Under the pieces are notes generated by a model. It had not been told where the DNA came from and made no database searches. It saw only the letters and a program-made list of their open reading frames with translations. 64,000 bases of DNA from the NCBI RefSeq assembly GCF_036365525.1, contig NC_090378.1:122993593-123057592 (forward strand), read 5' to 3'. Every line of letters begins with the position of its first letter. Position 1 is the first letter of the stretch. The position numbers and the translations under genes are program-made. Shown piece after piece: positions 31,601 to 49,600 of this stretch. The stretch is from Heterodontus francisci (lineage: Eukaryota).

Positions 31601-34600
31601 ACATCCCACAGTTATATATAATATATAATAATGGACACATATTCCCACCTCCTGTACTGAAACATCCCACAGTTATATATAATATATAATAATGGATACA
31701 CATTCCCACTTCCTGTACTGACACATCCCACAGTTATATATAATATATAATAATGGATACACATTCCCACTTCCTGTACTGACACATCCCACAGTTATAT
31801 ATAATATATAATAATGGACACACATTCCCACCTCCTGTACTGAAACATCCCACAGTTATATATAATATATAATAATGGAAACACATTCCCACTTCCTGTA
31901 CTGACACATCCCACAGTTATATATAATATATAATAATGGATACACATTCCCACTTCCTGTACTGACACATCCCACAGTTATATATAATATATAATAATGG
32001 ACACACATTCCCACCTCCTGTACTGAAACATCCCACAGTTATATATAATATATAATAATGGATACACATTCCCACTTCCTGTACTGACACATCCCACAGT
32101 TATATATAATATATAATAATGGACACATATTCCCACCTCCTGTACTGAAACATCCCACAGTTATATATAATATATAATAATGGATACACATTCCCACTTC
32201 CTGTACTGATACATCCCACAGTTATATATAATATATAATAATGGATACACATTCCCACTTCCTGTACTGACACATCCCACAGTTATATATAATATATAAT
32301 AATGGACACACATTCCCACCTCCTGTACTGAAACATCCCACAGTTATATATAATATATAATAATGGATACACATTCCCACTTCCTGTACTGACACATCCC
32401 ACAGTTATATATAATATATAATAATGGATACACATTCCCACTTCCTGTACTGACACATCCCACAGTTATATATAATATATAATAATGGATACACATTCCC
32501 ACCTCCTGTACTGACACATCCCACAGTTATATATAATATATAATAATGGATACACATTCCCACATCCTGTACTGAAACATCCCACAGTTACTATATAATA
32601 TATAATAATGGATACACATTCCCACTTCCTGTACTGACACATCCCACAGTTATATATAAGATATAATAATGGATACACATTCCCACCTCCTGTACTGACA
32701 CATCCCAGAGTTATATATTACATATAATAATGGATACACATTCCCACTTCCTGTACTGACACGTCCCACAGTTATATATAGTACATAATAATGGATACAC
32801 ATTCCCACCTCCTGTACTGAAACATCCCACAGTTATATATAATATATAATAATGGATACACATTCCCACTTCCTGTACTGACACATCCCACAGTTATATA
32901 TAATATATAATGATGGATACACATTCCCACTTCCTGTACTGAAACATCCCACAGTTATATATAATATATAATAATGGACACACATTCCCACCTCCTGTAC
33001 TGAAACATCCCACAGTTGTATATAATATATAATAATGGATACACATTCCCACTTCCTGTACTGACACATCCCACAGTTATATATACTATATAATGATGGA
33101 TACACATTCCCACCTCCTGTACTGAAACATCCCACAGTTATATATAATATATAATAATGGACACACATTCCCACCTCCTGTACTGAAACATCCCACAGTT
33201 ATATATAATATATAATAATGGATACACATTCCCACTTCCTGTACTGACACATCCCACAGTTATATATAATATATAATGATGGATACACATTCCCACTTCC
33301 TGTACTGACACATCCCACAGTTATATATAATATATAATAATGGACACACATTCCCACCTCCTGTATTGAAACATCCCACAGTTATATATAATATATAATA
33401 ATGGATACACATTCCCACTTCCTGTACTGACACATCGCACAGTTCTATATAATATATAATAATGGACACACATTCCCACCTCCTGTACTGAAACATCCCA
33501 CAGTTATATATCATATATAATAATGGATACACATTACCACTTCCTGTACTGACACATCCCACAGTTATATATAATATATAATAAAGGACACATATTCCCA
33601 CCTCCTGTACTGAAACATCCCACAGTTATATATAATATATAATAATGGATACACATTCCCACTTCCTGTACTGACACATCCCACAGTTATATATAATATA
33701 TAATAATGGATACACATTCCCACTTCCTGTACTGACACATCCCACAGTTATATATAATATATAATAATGGACACACATTCCCACCTCCTGTACTGAAACA
33801 TCCCACAGTTATATATAATATACAATAATGGATACACATTCCCACTTCCTGTACTGACACATCCCACAGTTATATATAATATATAATAATGGACACACAT
33901 TCCCACCTCCTGTACTGAAACATCCCACAGTTATATATAATATATAATAATGGATACACATTCCCACTTCCTGTACTGACACATCCCACAGTTATATATA
34001 ATATATAATGATGGATACACATTCCCACTTCCTGTACTGACACATCCCACAGTTATATATAATATATAATAATGGACACACATTCCCACCTCCTGTATTG
34101 AAACATCCCACAGTTATATATAATATATAATAATGGATACACATTCCCACTTCCTGTACTGACACATCGCACAGTTATATGTAATATATAATAATGGACA
34201 CACATTCCCACCTCCTGTACTGAAACATCCCACAGTTATATATAATATATAATAATGGATACACATTCCCACTTCCTGTACTGACACATCCCACAGTTAT
34301 ATATAATATATAATAATGGACACATATTCCCACCTCCTGTACTGAAACATCCCACAGTTATATATAATATATAATAATGGATACACATTCCCACTTCCTG
34401 TACTGACACATCCCACAGTTATATATAATATATAATAATGGATACACATTCCCACTTCCTGTACTGACACATCCCACAGTTATATATAATATATAATAAT
34501 GGACACACATTCCCACCTCCTGTACTGAAACATCCCACAGTTATATATAATATATAATAATGGAAACACATTCCCACTTCCTGTACTGACACATCCCACA

Positions 34601-37600
34601 GTTATATATAATATATAATAATGGATACACATTCCCACTTCCTGTACTGACACATCCCACAGTTATATATAATATATAATAATGGACACACATTCCCACC
34701 TCCTGTACTGAAACATCCCACAGTTATATATAATATATAATAATGGATACACATTCCCACTTCCTGTACTGACACATCCCACAGTTAAATATAATATATA
34801 ATAATGGATACACATTCCCACTTCCTGTACTGACACATCCCACAGTTATATATAATATATAATAAAGGACACACATTCCCACCTCCTGTACTGAAACATC
34901 CCAGTTATATATAATATATAATAATGGATACACATTCCCACTTCCTGTACTGACACATCCCACAGTTATATATAATATATAATAATGGATACACATTCCC
35001 ACTTCCTGTACTGACACGTCCCACAGTTATATATAGTATATAATAATGGATACACATTCCCACCTCCTGTACTGACACATCCCACAGTTATATATAATAT
35101 ATAATAATGGATACACATTCCCACATCCTGTACTGACACGTCCCACAGTTATATATAATATATAATAATGGATAGACATTCCCACTTCCTGTACTGACAA
35201 ATCCCACAGTTAATATAAGATATAATAATGGATACACATTCCCACTTCCTGTACTGACACATCCCACAGTTATATATTACATATAATAATGGATACACAT
35301 TCCCACTTCCTGTACTGACACGTCCCACAGTTATATATATTACATAATAATGGATACACATTCCCACTTCCTGTACTGACACATCCCACAGTTATATATA
35401 ATATATAATAATGGACACATATTCCCACCTCCTGTACTGAAACATCCCACAGTTATATATAATATATAATAATGGATACACATTCCCACTTCCTGTACTG
35501 ACACGTCCCACAGTTATATATAGTACATAATAATGGATACACATTCCCACTTCCTGTACTGACACATCCTACAGTTATATATAATATATAATAATGGATA
35601 CACATTCCCACCTCCTGTACTGACACATCCCACAGTTATATATAATATATAATAATGGATACACATTCCCACATCCTGTACTGACACGTCCCACAGTTAT
35701 ATATAATATATAATAATGGACACACATTCCCACCTCCTGTATTGAAACATCCCACAGTTATATATAATATATAATAATGGATACACATTCCCACTTCCTG
35801 TACTGACACATCGCACAGTTATATATAATATATAATAATGGACACACATTCCCACCTCCTGTACTGAAACATCCCACAGTTATATATAATATATAATAAT
35901 GGATACACATTCCCACTTCCTGTACTGACACATCCCACAGTTATATATAATATATAATAATGGACACATATTCCCACCTCCTGTACTGAAACATCCCACA
36001 GTTATATATAATATATAATAATGGATACACATTCCCACTTCCTGTACTGACACATCCCACAGTTATATATAATATATAATAATGGATACACATTCCCACT
36101 TCCTGTACTGACACATCCCACAGTTATATATAATATATAATAATGGACACACATTCCCACCTCCTGTACTGAAACATCCCACAGTTATATATAACATATA
36201 ATAATGGAAACACATTCCCACTTCCTGTACTGACACATCCCACAGTTATATATAATATATAATAATGGATACACATTCCCACTTCCTGTACTGACACATC
36301 CCACAGTTATATATAATATATAATAATGGACACACATTCCCACCTCCTGTACTGAAACATCCCACAGTTATATATAATATATAATAATGGATACACATTC
36401 CCACTTCCTGTACTGACACATCCCACAGTTAAATATAATATATAATAATGGATACACATTCCCACTTCCTGTACTGACACATCCCACAGTTATATATAAT
36501 ATATAATAAAGGAAACACATTCCCACCTCCTGTACTGAAACATCCCAGTTATATATAATATATAATAATGGATACACATTCCCACTTCCTGTACTGACAC
36601 ATCCCACAGTTATATATAATATATAATAATGGACACACATTCCCACTTCCTGTACTGACACGTCCCACAGTTATATATAATATATAATAATGGACACACA
36701 TTCCCACCTCCTGTACTGAAACATCCCACAGTTATATATAATATATAATAATGGAAACACATTCCCACTTCCTGTACTGACACATCCCACAGTTATATAT
36801 AATATATAATAATGGATACACATTCCCACTTCCTGTACTGACACATCCCACAGTTATATATAATATATAATAATGGACACACATTCCCACCTCCTGTACT
36901 GAAACATCCCACAGTTATATATAATATATAATAATGGATACACATTCCCACTTCCTGTACTGACACATCCCACAGTTAAATATAATATATAATAATGGAT
37001 ACACATTCCCACTTCCTGTACTGACACATCCCACAGTTATATATAATATATAATAAAGGACACACATTCCCACCTCCTGTACTGAAACATCCCAGTTATA
37101 TATAATATATAATAATGGATACACATTCCCACTTCCTGTACTGACACATCCCACAGTTATATATAATATATAATAATGGATACACATTCCCACTTCCTGT
37201 ACTGACACGTCCCACAGTTATATATAATATATAATAATGGATAGACATTCCCACTTCCTGTACTGACACATCCCACAGTTAATATAAGATATAATAATGG
37301 ATACACATTCCCACTTCCTGTACTGACACATCCCACAGTTATATATTACATATAATAATGGATACACATTCCCACTTCCTGTACTGACACGTCCCACAGT
37401 TATATATAGTACATAATAATGGATACACATTCCCACTTCCTGTACTGACACATCCCACAGTTATATATAATATATAATAATGGACACATATTCCCACCTC
37501 CTGTACTGAAACATCCCACAGTTATATATAATATATAATAATGGATACACATTCCCACTTCCTGTACTGACACGTCCCACAGTTATATATAGTACATAAT

Positions 37601-40600
37601 AATGGATACACATTCCCACTTCCTGTACTGACACATCCCACAGTTATATATAATATATAATAATGGATACACATTCCCACCTCCTGTACTGACACATCCC
37701 ACAGTTATATATAATATATAATAATGGATACACATTCCCATATCCTGTACTGACACGTCCCACAGTTATATATAATATATAATAATGGACACACATTCCC
37801 ACCTCCTGTATTGAAACATCCCACAGTTATATATAATATATAATAATGGATACACATTCCCACTTCCTGTACTGACACATCGCACAGTTATATATAATAT
37901 ATAATAATGGACACACATTCCCACCTCCTGTACTGAAACATCCCACAGTTATATATAATATATAATAATGGATACACATTCCCACTTCCTGTACTGACAC
38001 ATCCCACAGTTATATATAATATATAATAATGGACACATATTCCCACCTCCTGTACTGAAACATCCCACAGTTATATATAATATATAATAATGGATACACA
38101 TTCCCACTTCCTGTACTGACACATCCCACAGTTATATATAATATATAATAATGGACACACATTCCCACTTCCTGTACTGACACATCCCACAGTTATATAT
38201 AATATATAATAATGGACACACATTCCCACCTCCTGTACTGAAACATCCCACAGTTATATATAACATATAATAATGGAAACACATTCCCACTTCCTGTACT
38301 GACACATCCCACAGTTATATATAATATATAATAATGGATACACATTCCCACTTCCTGTACTGACACATCCCACAGTTATATATAATATATAATAATGGAC
38401 ACACATTCCCACCTCCTGTACTGAAACATCCCACAGTTATATATAATATATAATAATGGATACACATTCCCACTTCCTGTACTGACACATCCCACAGTTA
38501 AATATAATATATAATAATGGATACACATTCCCACTTCCTGTACTGACACATCCCACAGTTATATATAATATATAATAAAGGACACACATTCCCACCTCCT
38601 GTACTGAAACATCCCAGTTATATATAATATATAATAATGGATACACATTCCCACTTCCTGTACTGACACATCCCACAGTTATATATAATATATAATAATG
38701 GATACACATTCCCACTTCCTGTACTGACACGTCCCACAGTTATATATAGTATATAATAATGGATACACATTCCCACCTCCTGTACTGACACATCCCACAG
38801 TTATATATAATATATAATAATGGATACACATTCCCACATCCTGTACTGACACGTCCCACAGTTATATATAATATATAATAATGGATAGACATTCCCACTT
38901 CCTGTACTGACACATCCCACAGTTATATATAAGATATAATAATGGATACACATTCCCACTTCCTGTACTGACACATCCCACAGTTATATATTACATATAA
39001 TAATGGATACACATTCCCACTTCCTGTACTGACACGTCCCACAGTTATATATAGTACATAATAATGGATACACATTCCCACCTCCTGTACTGAAACATCC
39101 CACAGTTATATATAATATATAATAATGGATACACATTCCCACTTCCTGTACTGACACATCCCACAGTTATATATAATATATAATGATGGATACACATTCC
39201 CACTTCATGTACTGACACATCCCACAGTTATATATAATACATAATAATGGACACACATTCCCACCTCCTGTATTGAAACATCCCACAGTTGTATATAATA
39301 TATAATAATGGATACACATTCCCACTTCCTGTACTGACACATCGCACAGTTCTATGTAATATATAATAATGGACACACATTCCCACCTCCTGTACTGAAA
39401 CATCCCACAGTTATATATAATATATAATAATGGATACACATTCCCACTTCCTGTACTGACACATCCCACAGTTATATATAATATATAATAATGGATACAC
39501 ATTCCCACTTCCTGTACTGACACATCCCACAGTTATATATACTATATAATGATGGATACACATTCCCACCTCCTGTACTGAAACATCCCACAGTTATATA
39601 TAATATATAATAATGGACACACATTCCCACCTCCTGTACTGAAACATCCCACAGTTATATATAATATATAATAATGGATACACATTCCCACTTCCTGTAC
39701 TGACACATCCCACAGTTATATATAATATATAATGATGGATACACATTCCCACTTCCTGTACTGACACATCCCACAGTTATATATAATATATAATAATGGA
39801 CACACATTCCCACCTCCTGTATTGAAACATCCCACAGTTATATATAATATATAATAATGGATACACATTCCCACTTCCTGTACTGACACATCGCACAGTT
39901 CTATATAATATATAATAATGGACACACATTCCCACCTCCTGTACTGAAACATCCCACAGTTATATATCATATATAATAATGGATACACATTACCACTTCC
40001 TGTACTGAAACATCCCACAGTTATATATAATATATAATAAAGGACACACATTCCCACCTCCTGTACTGAAACATCCCACAGTTATATATAATATATTATA
40101 ATGGATACACATTCCCACTTCCTGTACTGACACATCCCACAGTTATATATAATATATAATAATGGATACACATTCCCACTTCCTGTACTGACACATCCCA
40201 CAGTTATATATAATATATAATAATGGATACACATTCCCACTTCCTGTACTGACACATCCCACAGTTATATATAATATATAATAATGGACACACATTCCCA
40301 CCTCCTGTACTGAAACATCCCACAGTTATATATAATATATAATAATGGATACACATTCCCACTTCCTGTACTGACACATCCCACAGTTATATATAATATA
40401 TAATAATGGACACACATTCCCACCTCCTGTACTGAAACATCCCACAGTTATATATAATATATAATAATGGATACACATTCCCACTTCCTGTACTGACACA
40501 TCCCACAGTTATATATAATATATAATGATGGATACACATTCCCACTTCCTGTACTGACACATCCCACAGTTATATATAATATATAATAATGGATACACAT

Positions 40601-43600
40601 TCCCACTTCCTGTACTGACACGTCCCACAGTTATATATAGTATATAATAATGGATACACATTCCCACCTCCTGTACTGACACATCCCACAGTTATATATA
40701 ATATATAATAATGGATACACATTCCCACTTCCTGTACTGACACATCCCACAGTTATATATAATATATAATAATGGACACATATTCCCACCTCCTGTACTG
40801 AAACATCCCACAGTTATATATAATATATAATAATGGATACACATTCCCACTTCCTGTTCTGACACATCCCACAGTTATATATAATATATAATAATGGATA
40901 CACATTCCCACTTCCTGTACTGACACATCCCACAGTTATATATAATATATAATAATGGACACACATTCCCACCTCCTGTACTGAAACATCCCACAGTTAT
41001 ATATAATATATAATAATGGAAACACATTCCCACTTCCTGTACTGACACATCCCACAGTTATATATAATATATAATAATGGATACACATTCCCACTTCCTG
41101 TACTGACACATCCCACAGTTATATATAATATATAATAATGGACACACATTCCCACCTCCTGTACTGAAACATCCCACAGTTATATATAATATATAATAAT
41201 GGATACACATTCCCACTTCCTGTACTGACACATCCCACAGTTAAATATAATATATAATAATGGATACACATTCCCACTTCCTGTACTGACACATCCCACA
41301 GTTATATATAATATATAATAAAGGACACACATTCCCACCTCCTGTACTGAAACATCCCAGTTATATATAATATATAATAATGGATACACATTCCCACTTC
41401 CTGTACTGACACATCCCACAGTTATATATAATATATAATAATGGATACACATTCCCACTTCCTGTACTGACACGTCCCACAGTTATATATAGTATATAAT
41501 AATGGATACACATTCCCACCTCCTGTACTGACACATCCCACAGTTATATATAATATATAATAATGGATACACATTCCCACATCCTGTACTGACACGTCCC
41601 ACAGTTATATATAATATATAATAATGGATAGACATTCCCACTTCCTGTACTGACACATCCCACAGTTATATATAAGATATAATAATGGATACACATTCCC
41701 ACTTCCTGTACTGACACATCCCACAGTTATATATTACATATAATAATGGATACACATTCCCACTTCCTGTACTGACACGTCCCACAGTTATATATAGTAC
41801 ATAATAATGGATACACATTCCCACTTCCTGTACTGACACATCCCACAGTTATATATAATATATAATAATGGACACATATTCCCACCTCCTGTACTGAAAC
41901 ATCCCACAGTTATATATAATATATAATAATGGATACACATTCCCACATCCTGTACTGACACGTCCCACAGTTATATATAGTACATAATAATGGATACACA
42001 TTCCCACTTCCTGTACTGACACATCCCACAGTTATATATAATATATAATAATGGATACACATTCCCACCTCCTGTACTGACACATCCCACAGTTATATAT
42101 AATATATAATAATGGATACACATTCCCACATCCTGTACTGACACGTCCCACAGTTATATATAATATATAATAATGGACACACATTCCCACCTCCTGTATT
42201 GAAACATCCCACAGTTATATATAATATATAATAATGGATACACATTCCCACTTCCTGTACTGACACATCGCACAGTTATATATAATATATAATAATGGAC
42301 ACACATTCCCACCTCCTGTACTGAAACATCCCACAGTTATATATCATATATAATAATGGATACACATTACCACTTCCTGTACTGACACATCCCACAGTTA
42401 TATATAATATATAATAATGGACACATATTCCCACCTCCTGTACTGAAACATCCCACAGTTATATATAATATATAATAATGGATACACATTCCCACTTCCT
42501 GTACTGACACATCCCACAGTTATATATAATATATAATAATGGATACACATTCCCACTTCCTGTACTGACACATCCCACAGTTATATATAATATATAATAA
42601 TGGACACACATTCCCACCTCCTGTACTGAAACATCCCACAGTTATATATAATATATAATAATGGAAACACATTCCCACTTCCTGTACTGACACATCCCAC
42701 AGTTATATATAATATATAATAATGGATACACATTCCCACTTCCTGTACTGACACATCCCACAGTTATATATAATATATAATAATGGACACACATTCCCAC
42801 CTCCTGTACTGAAACATCCCACAGTTATATATAATATATAATAATGGATACACATTCCCACTTCCTGTACTGACACATCCCACAGTTAAATATAATATAT
42901 AATAATGGATACACATTCCCACTTCCTGTACTGACACATCCCACAGTTATATATAATATATAATAAAGGACACACATTCCCACCTCCTGTACTGAAACAT
43001 CCCAGTTATATATAATATATAATAATGGATACACATTCCCACTTCCTGTACTGACACATCCCACAGTTATATATAATATATAATAATGGATACACATTCC
43101 CACTTCCTGTACTGACACGTCCCACAGTTATATATAGTATATAATAATGGATACACATTCCCACCTCCTGTACTGACACATCCCACAGTTATATATAATA
43201 TATAATAATGGATACACATTCCCACATCCTGTACTGACACGTCCCACAGTTATATATAATATATAATAATGGATAGACATTCCCACTTCCTGTACTGACA
43301 CATCCCACAGTTATATATAAGATATAATAATGGATACACATTCCCACTTCCTGTACTGACACATCCCACAGTTATATATTACATATAATAATGGATACAC
43401 ATTCCCACTTCCTGTACTGACACATCGCACAGTTCTATGTAATATATAATAATGGACACACATTCCCACCTCCTGTACTGAAACATCCCACAGTTATATA
43501 TAATATATAATAATGGATACACATTCCCACTTCCTGTACTGACACATCCCACAGTTATATATAATATATAATAATGGATACACATTCCCACTTCCTGTAC

Positions 43601-46600
43601 TGACACATCCCACAGTTATATATAATATATAATAATGGACACACATTCCCACCTCCTGTACTGAAACATCCCACAGTTATATATAATATATTATAATGGA
43701 TACACATTCCCACTTCCTGTACTGACACATCCCACAGTTATATATAATATATAATAATGGATACACATTCCCACTTCCTGTACTGACACATCCCACAGTT
43801 ATATATAATATATAATAATGGACACACATTCCCACCTCCTGTACTGAAACATCCCACAGTTATATATAATATATAATAATGGATACACATTCCCACTTCC
43901 TGTACTGACACATCCCACAGTTATATATAATATATAATAATGGATACACATTCCCACTTCCTGTACTGACACATCCCACAGTTATATATAATATATAATA
44001 ATGGACACACATTCCCACCTCCTGTACTGAAACATCCCACAGTTATATATAATATATAATAATGGATACACATTCCCACTTCCTGTACTGACACATCCCA
44101 CAGTTATATATAATATATAATAATGGACACACATTCCCACCTCCTGTACTGAAACATCCCACAGTTACATATAATATATAATAATGGATACACATTCCCA
44201 CTTCCTGTACTGACACATCCCACAGTTATATATAATATATAATGATGGATACACATTCCCACTTCCTGTACTGACACATCCCACAGTTATATATAATATA
44301 TAATAATGGACACACATTCCCACCTCCTGTATTGAAACATCCCACAGTTATATATAATATATAATAATGGATACACATTCCCACTTCCTGTACTGACACA
44401 TCGCACAGTTATATATAATATATAATAATGGACACACATTCCCACCTCCTGTACTGAAACATCCCACAGTTATATATAATATATAATAATGGATACACAT
44501 TCCCACTTCCTGTACTGACACATCCCACAGTTATATATAATATATAATGATGGACACACATTCCCACCTCCTGTATTGAAACATCCCACAGTTATATATA
44601 ATATATAATAATGGATACACATTCCCACTTCCTGTACTGACACATCGCACAGTTATGTATAATATATAATAATGGACACACATTCCCACCTCCTGTACTG
44701 AAACATCCCACAGTTATATATAATATATAATAATGGATACACATTCCCACTTCCTGTACTGACACATCCCACAGTTATATATAATATATAATAATGGACA
44801 CATATTCCCACCTCCTGTACTGAAACATCCCACAGTTATATATAATATATAATAATGGATACACATTCCCACTTCCTGTACTGACACATCCCACAGTTAT
44901 ATATAATATATAATAATGGATACACATTCCCACTTCCTGTACTGACACATCCCACAGTTATATATAATATATAATAATGGACACACATTCCCACCTCCTG
45001 TACTGAAACATCCCACAGTTATATATAATATATAATAATGGAAACACATTCCCACTTCCTGTACTGACACATCCCACAGTTATATATAATATATAATAAT
45101 GGATACACATTCCCACTTCCTGTACTGACACATCCCACAGTTATATATAATATATAATAATGGACACACATTACCACTTCCTGTACTGAAACATCCCACA
45201 GTTATATATAATATATAATAAAGGACACACATTCCCACCTCCTGTACTGAAACATCCCACAGTTATATATAATATATTATAATGGATACACATTCCCACT
45301 TCCTGTACTGACACATCCCACAGTTATATATAATATATAATAATGGATACACATTCCCACTTCCTGTACTGACACATCCCACAGTTATATATAATATATA
45401 ATAATGGATACACATTCCCACTTCCTGTACTGACACATCCCACAGTTATATATAATATATAATAATGGACACACATTCCCACCTCCTGTACTGAAACATC
45501 CCACAGTTATATATAATATATAATAATGGATACACATTCCCACTTCCTGTACTGACACATCCCACAGTTATATATAATATATAATAATGGACACACATTC
45601 CCACCTCCTGTACTGAAACATCCCACAGTTATATATAATATATAATAATGGATACACATTCCCACTTCCTGTACTGACACATCCCACAGTTATATATAAT
45701 ATATAATGATGGATACACATTCCCACTTCCTGTACTGACACATCCCACAGTTATATATAATATATAATAATGGACACATATTCCCACCTCCTGTACTGAA
45801 ACATCCCACAGTTATATATAATATATAATAATGGATACACATTCCCACTTCCTGTACTGACACGTCCCACAGTTATATATAGTATATAATAATGGATACA
45901 CATTCCCACCTCCTGTACTGACACATCCCACAGTTATATATAATATATAATAATGGATACACATTCCCACTTCCTGTACTGACACATCCCACAGTTATAT
46001 ATAATATATAATAATGGACACATATTCCCACCTCCTGTACTGAAACATCCCACAGTTATATATAATATATAATAATGGATACACATTCCCACTTCCTGTT
46101 CTGACACATCCCACAGTTATATATAATATATAATAATGGATACACATTCCCACTTCCTGTACTGACACATCCCACAGTTATATATAATATATAATAATGG
46201 ACACACATTCCCACCTCCTGTACTGAAACATCCCACAGTTATATATAATATATAATAATGGAAACACATTCCCACTTCCTGTACTGACACATCCCACAGT
46301 TATATATAATATATAATAATGGATACACATTCCCACTTCCTGTACTGACACATCCCACAGTTATATATAATATATAATAATGGACACACATTCCCACCTC
46401 CTGTACTGAAACATCCCACAGTTATATATAATATATAATAATGGATACACATTCCCACTTCCTGTACTGACACATCCCACAGTTAAATATAATATATAAT
46501 AATGGATACACATTCCCACTTCCTGTACTGACACATCCCACAGTTATATATAATATATAATAAAGGACACACATTCCCACCTCCTGTACTGAAACATCCC

Positions 46601-49600
46601 AGTTATATATAATATATAATAATGGATACACATTCCCACTTCCTGTACTGACACATCCCACAGTTATATATAATATATAATAATGGATACACATTCCCAC
46701 TTCCTGTACTGACACGTCCCACAGTTATATATAGTATATAATAATGGATACACATTCCCACCTCCTGTACTGACACATCCCACAGTTATATATAATATAT
46801 AATAATGGATACACATTCCCACATCCTGTACTGACACGTCCCACAGTTATATATAATATATAATAATGGATAGACATTCCCACTTCCTGTACTGACACAT
46901 CCCACAGTTATATATAAGATATAATAATGGATACACATTCCCACTTCCTGTACTGACACATCCCACAGTTATATATTACATATAATAATGGATACACATT
47001 CCCACTTCCTGTACTGACACGTCCCACAGTTATATATAGTACATAATAATGGATACACATTCCCACTTCCTGTACTGACACATCCCACAGTTATATATAA
47101 TATATAATAATGGACACATATTCCCACCTCCTGTACTGAAACATCCCACAGTTATATATAATATATAATAATGGATACACATTCCCACATCCTGTACTGA
47201 CACGTCCCACAGTTATATATAGTACATAATAATGGATACACATTCCCACTTCCTGTACTGACACATCCCACAGTTATATATAATATATAATAATGGATAC
47301 ACATTCCCACCTCCTGTACTGACACATCCCACAGTTATATATAATATATAATAATGGATACACATTCCCACATCCTGTACTGACACGTCCCACAGTTATA
47401 TATAATATATAATAATGGACACACATTCCCACCTCCTGTATTGAAACATCCCACAGTTATATATAATATATAATAATGGATACACATTCCCACTTCCTGT
47501 ACTGACACATCGCACAGTTATATATAATATATAATAATGGACACACATTCCCACCTCCTGTACTGAAACATCCCACAGTTATATATCATATATAATAATG
47601 GATACACATTACCACTTCCTGTACTGACACATCCCACAGTTATATATAATATATAATAATGGACACATATTCCCACCTCCTGTACTGAAACATCCCACAG
47701 TTATATATAATATATAATAATGGATACACATTCCCACTTCCTGTACTGACACATCCCACAGTTATATATAATATATAATAATGGATACACATTCCCACTT
47801 CCTGTACTGACACATCCCACAGTTATATATAATATATAATAATGGACACACATTCCCACCTCCTGTACTGAAACATCCCACAGTTATATATAATATATAA
47901 TAATGGAAACACATTCCCACTTCCTGTACTGACACATCCCACAGTTATATATAATATATAATAATGGATACACATTCCCACTTCCTGTACTGACACATCC
48001 CACAGTTATATATAATATATAATAATGGACACACATTCCCACCTCCTGTACTGAAACATCCCACAGTTATATATAATATATAATAATGGATACACATTCC
48101 CACTTCCTGTACTGACACATCCCACAGTTAAATATAATATATAATAATGGATACACATTCCCACTTCCTGTACTGACACATCCCACAGTTATATATAATA
48201 TATAATAAAGGACACACATTCCCACCTCCTGTACTGAAACATCCCAGTTATATATAATATATAATAATGGATACACATTCCCACTTCCTGTACTGACACA
48301 TCCCACAGTTATATATAATATATAATAATGGATACACATTCCCACTTCCTGTACTGACACGTCCCACAGTTATATATAGTATATAATAATGGATACACAT
48401 TCCCACCTCCTGTACTGACACATCCCACAGTTATATATAATATATAATAATGGATACACATTCCCACATCCTGTACTGACACGTCCCACAGTTATATATA
48501 ATATATAATAATGGATAGACATTCCCACTTCCTGTACTGACACATCCCACAGTTATATATAAGATATAATAATGGATACACATTCCCACTTCCTGTACTG
48601 ACACATCCCACAGTTATATATTACATATAATAATGGATACACATTCCCACTTCCTGTACTGACACATCGCACAGTTCTATGTAATATATAATAATGGACA
48701 CACATTCCCACCTCCTGTACTGAAACATCCCACAGTTATATATAATATATAATAATGGATACACATTCCCACTTCCTGTACTGACACATCCCACAGTTAT
48801 ATATAATATATAATAATGGATACACATTCCCACTTCCTGTACTGACACATCCCACAGTTATATATAATATATAATAATGGACACACATTCCCACCTCCTG
48901 TACTGAAACATCCCACAGTTATATATAATATATTATAATGGATACACATTCCCACTTCCTGTACTGACACATCCCACAGTTATATATAATATATAATAAT
49001 GGATACACATTCCCACTTCCTGTACTGACACATCCCACAGTTATATATAATATATAATAATGGACACACATTCCCACCTCCTGTACTGAAACATCCCACA
49101 GTTATATATAATATATAATAATGGATACACATTCCCACTTCCTGTACTGACACATCCCACAGTTATATATAATATATAATAATGGACACACATTCCCACC
49201 TCCTGTACTGAAACATCCCACAGTTACATATAATATATAATAATGGATACACATTCCCACTTCCTGTACTGACACATCCCACAGTTATATATAATATATA
49301 ATGATGGATACACATTCCCACTTCCTGTACTGACACATCCCACAGTTATATATAATATATAATAATGGACACACATTCCCACCTCCTGTATTGAAACATC
49401 CCACAGTTATATATAATATATAATAATGGATACACATTCCCACTTCCTGTACTGACACATCGCACAGTTATATATAATATATAATAATGGACACACATTC
49501 CCACCTCCTGTACTGAAACATCCCACAGTTATATATAATATATAATAATGGATACACATTCCCACTTCCTGTACTGACACATCCCACAGTTATATATAAT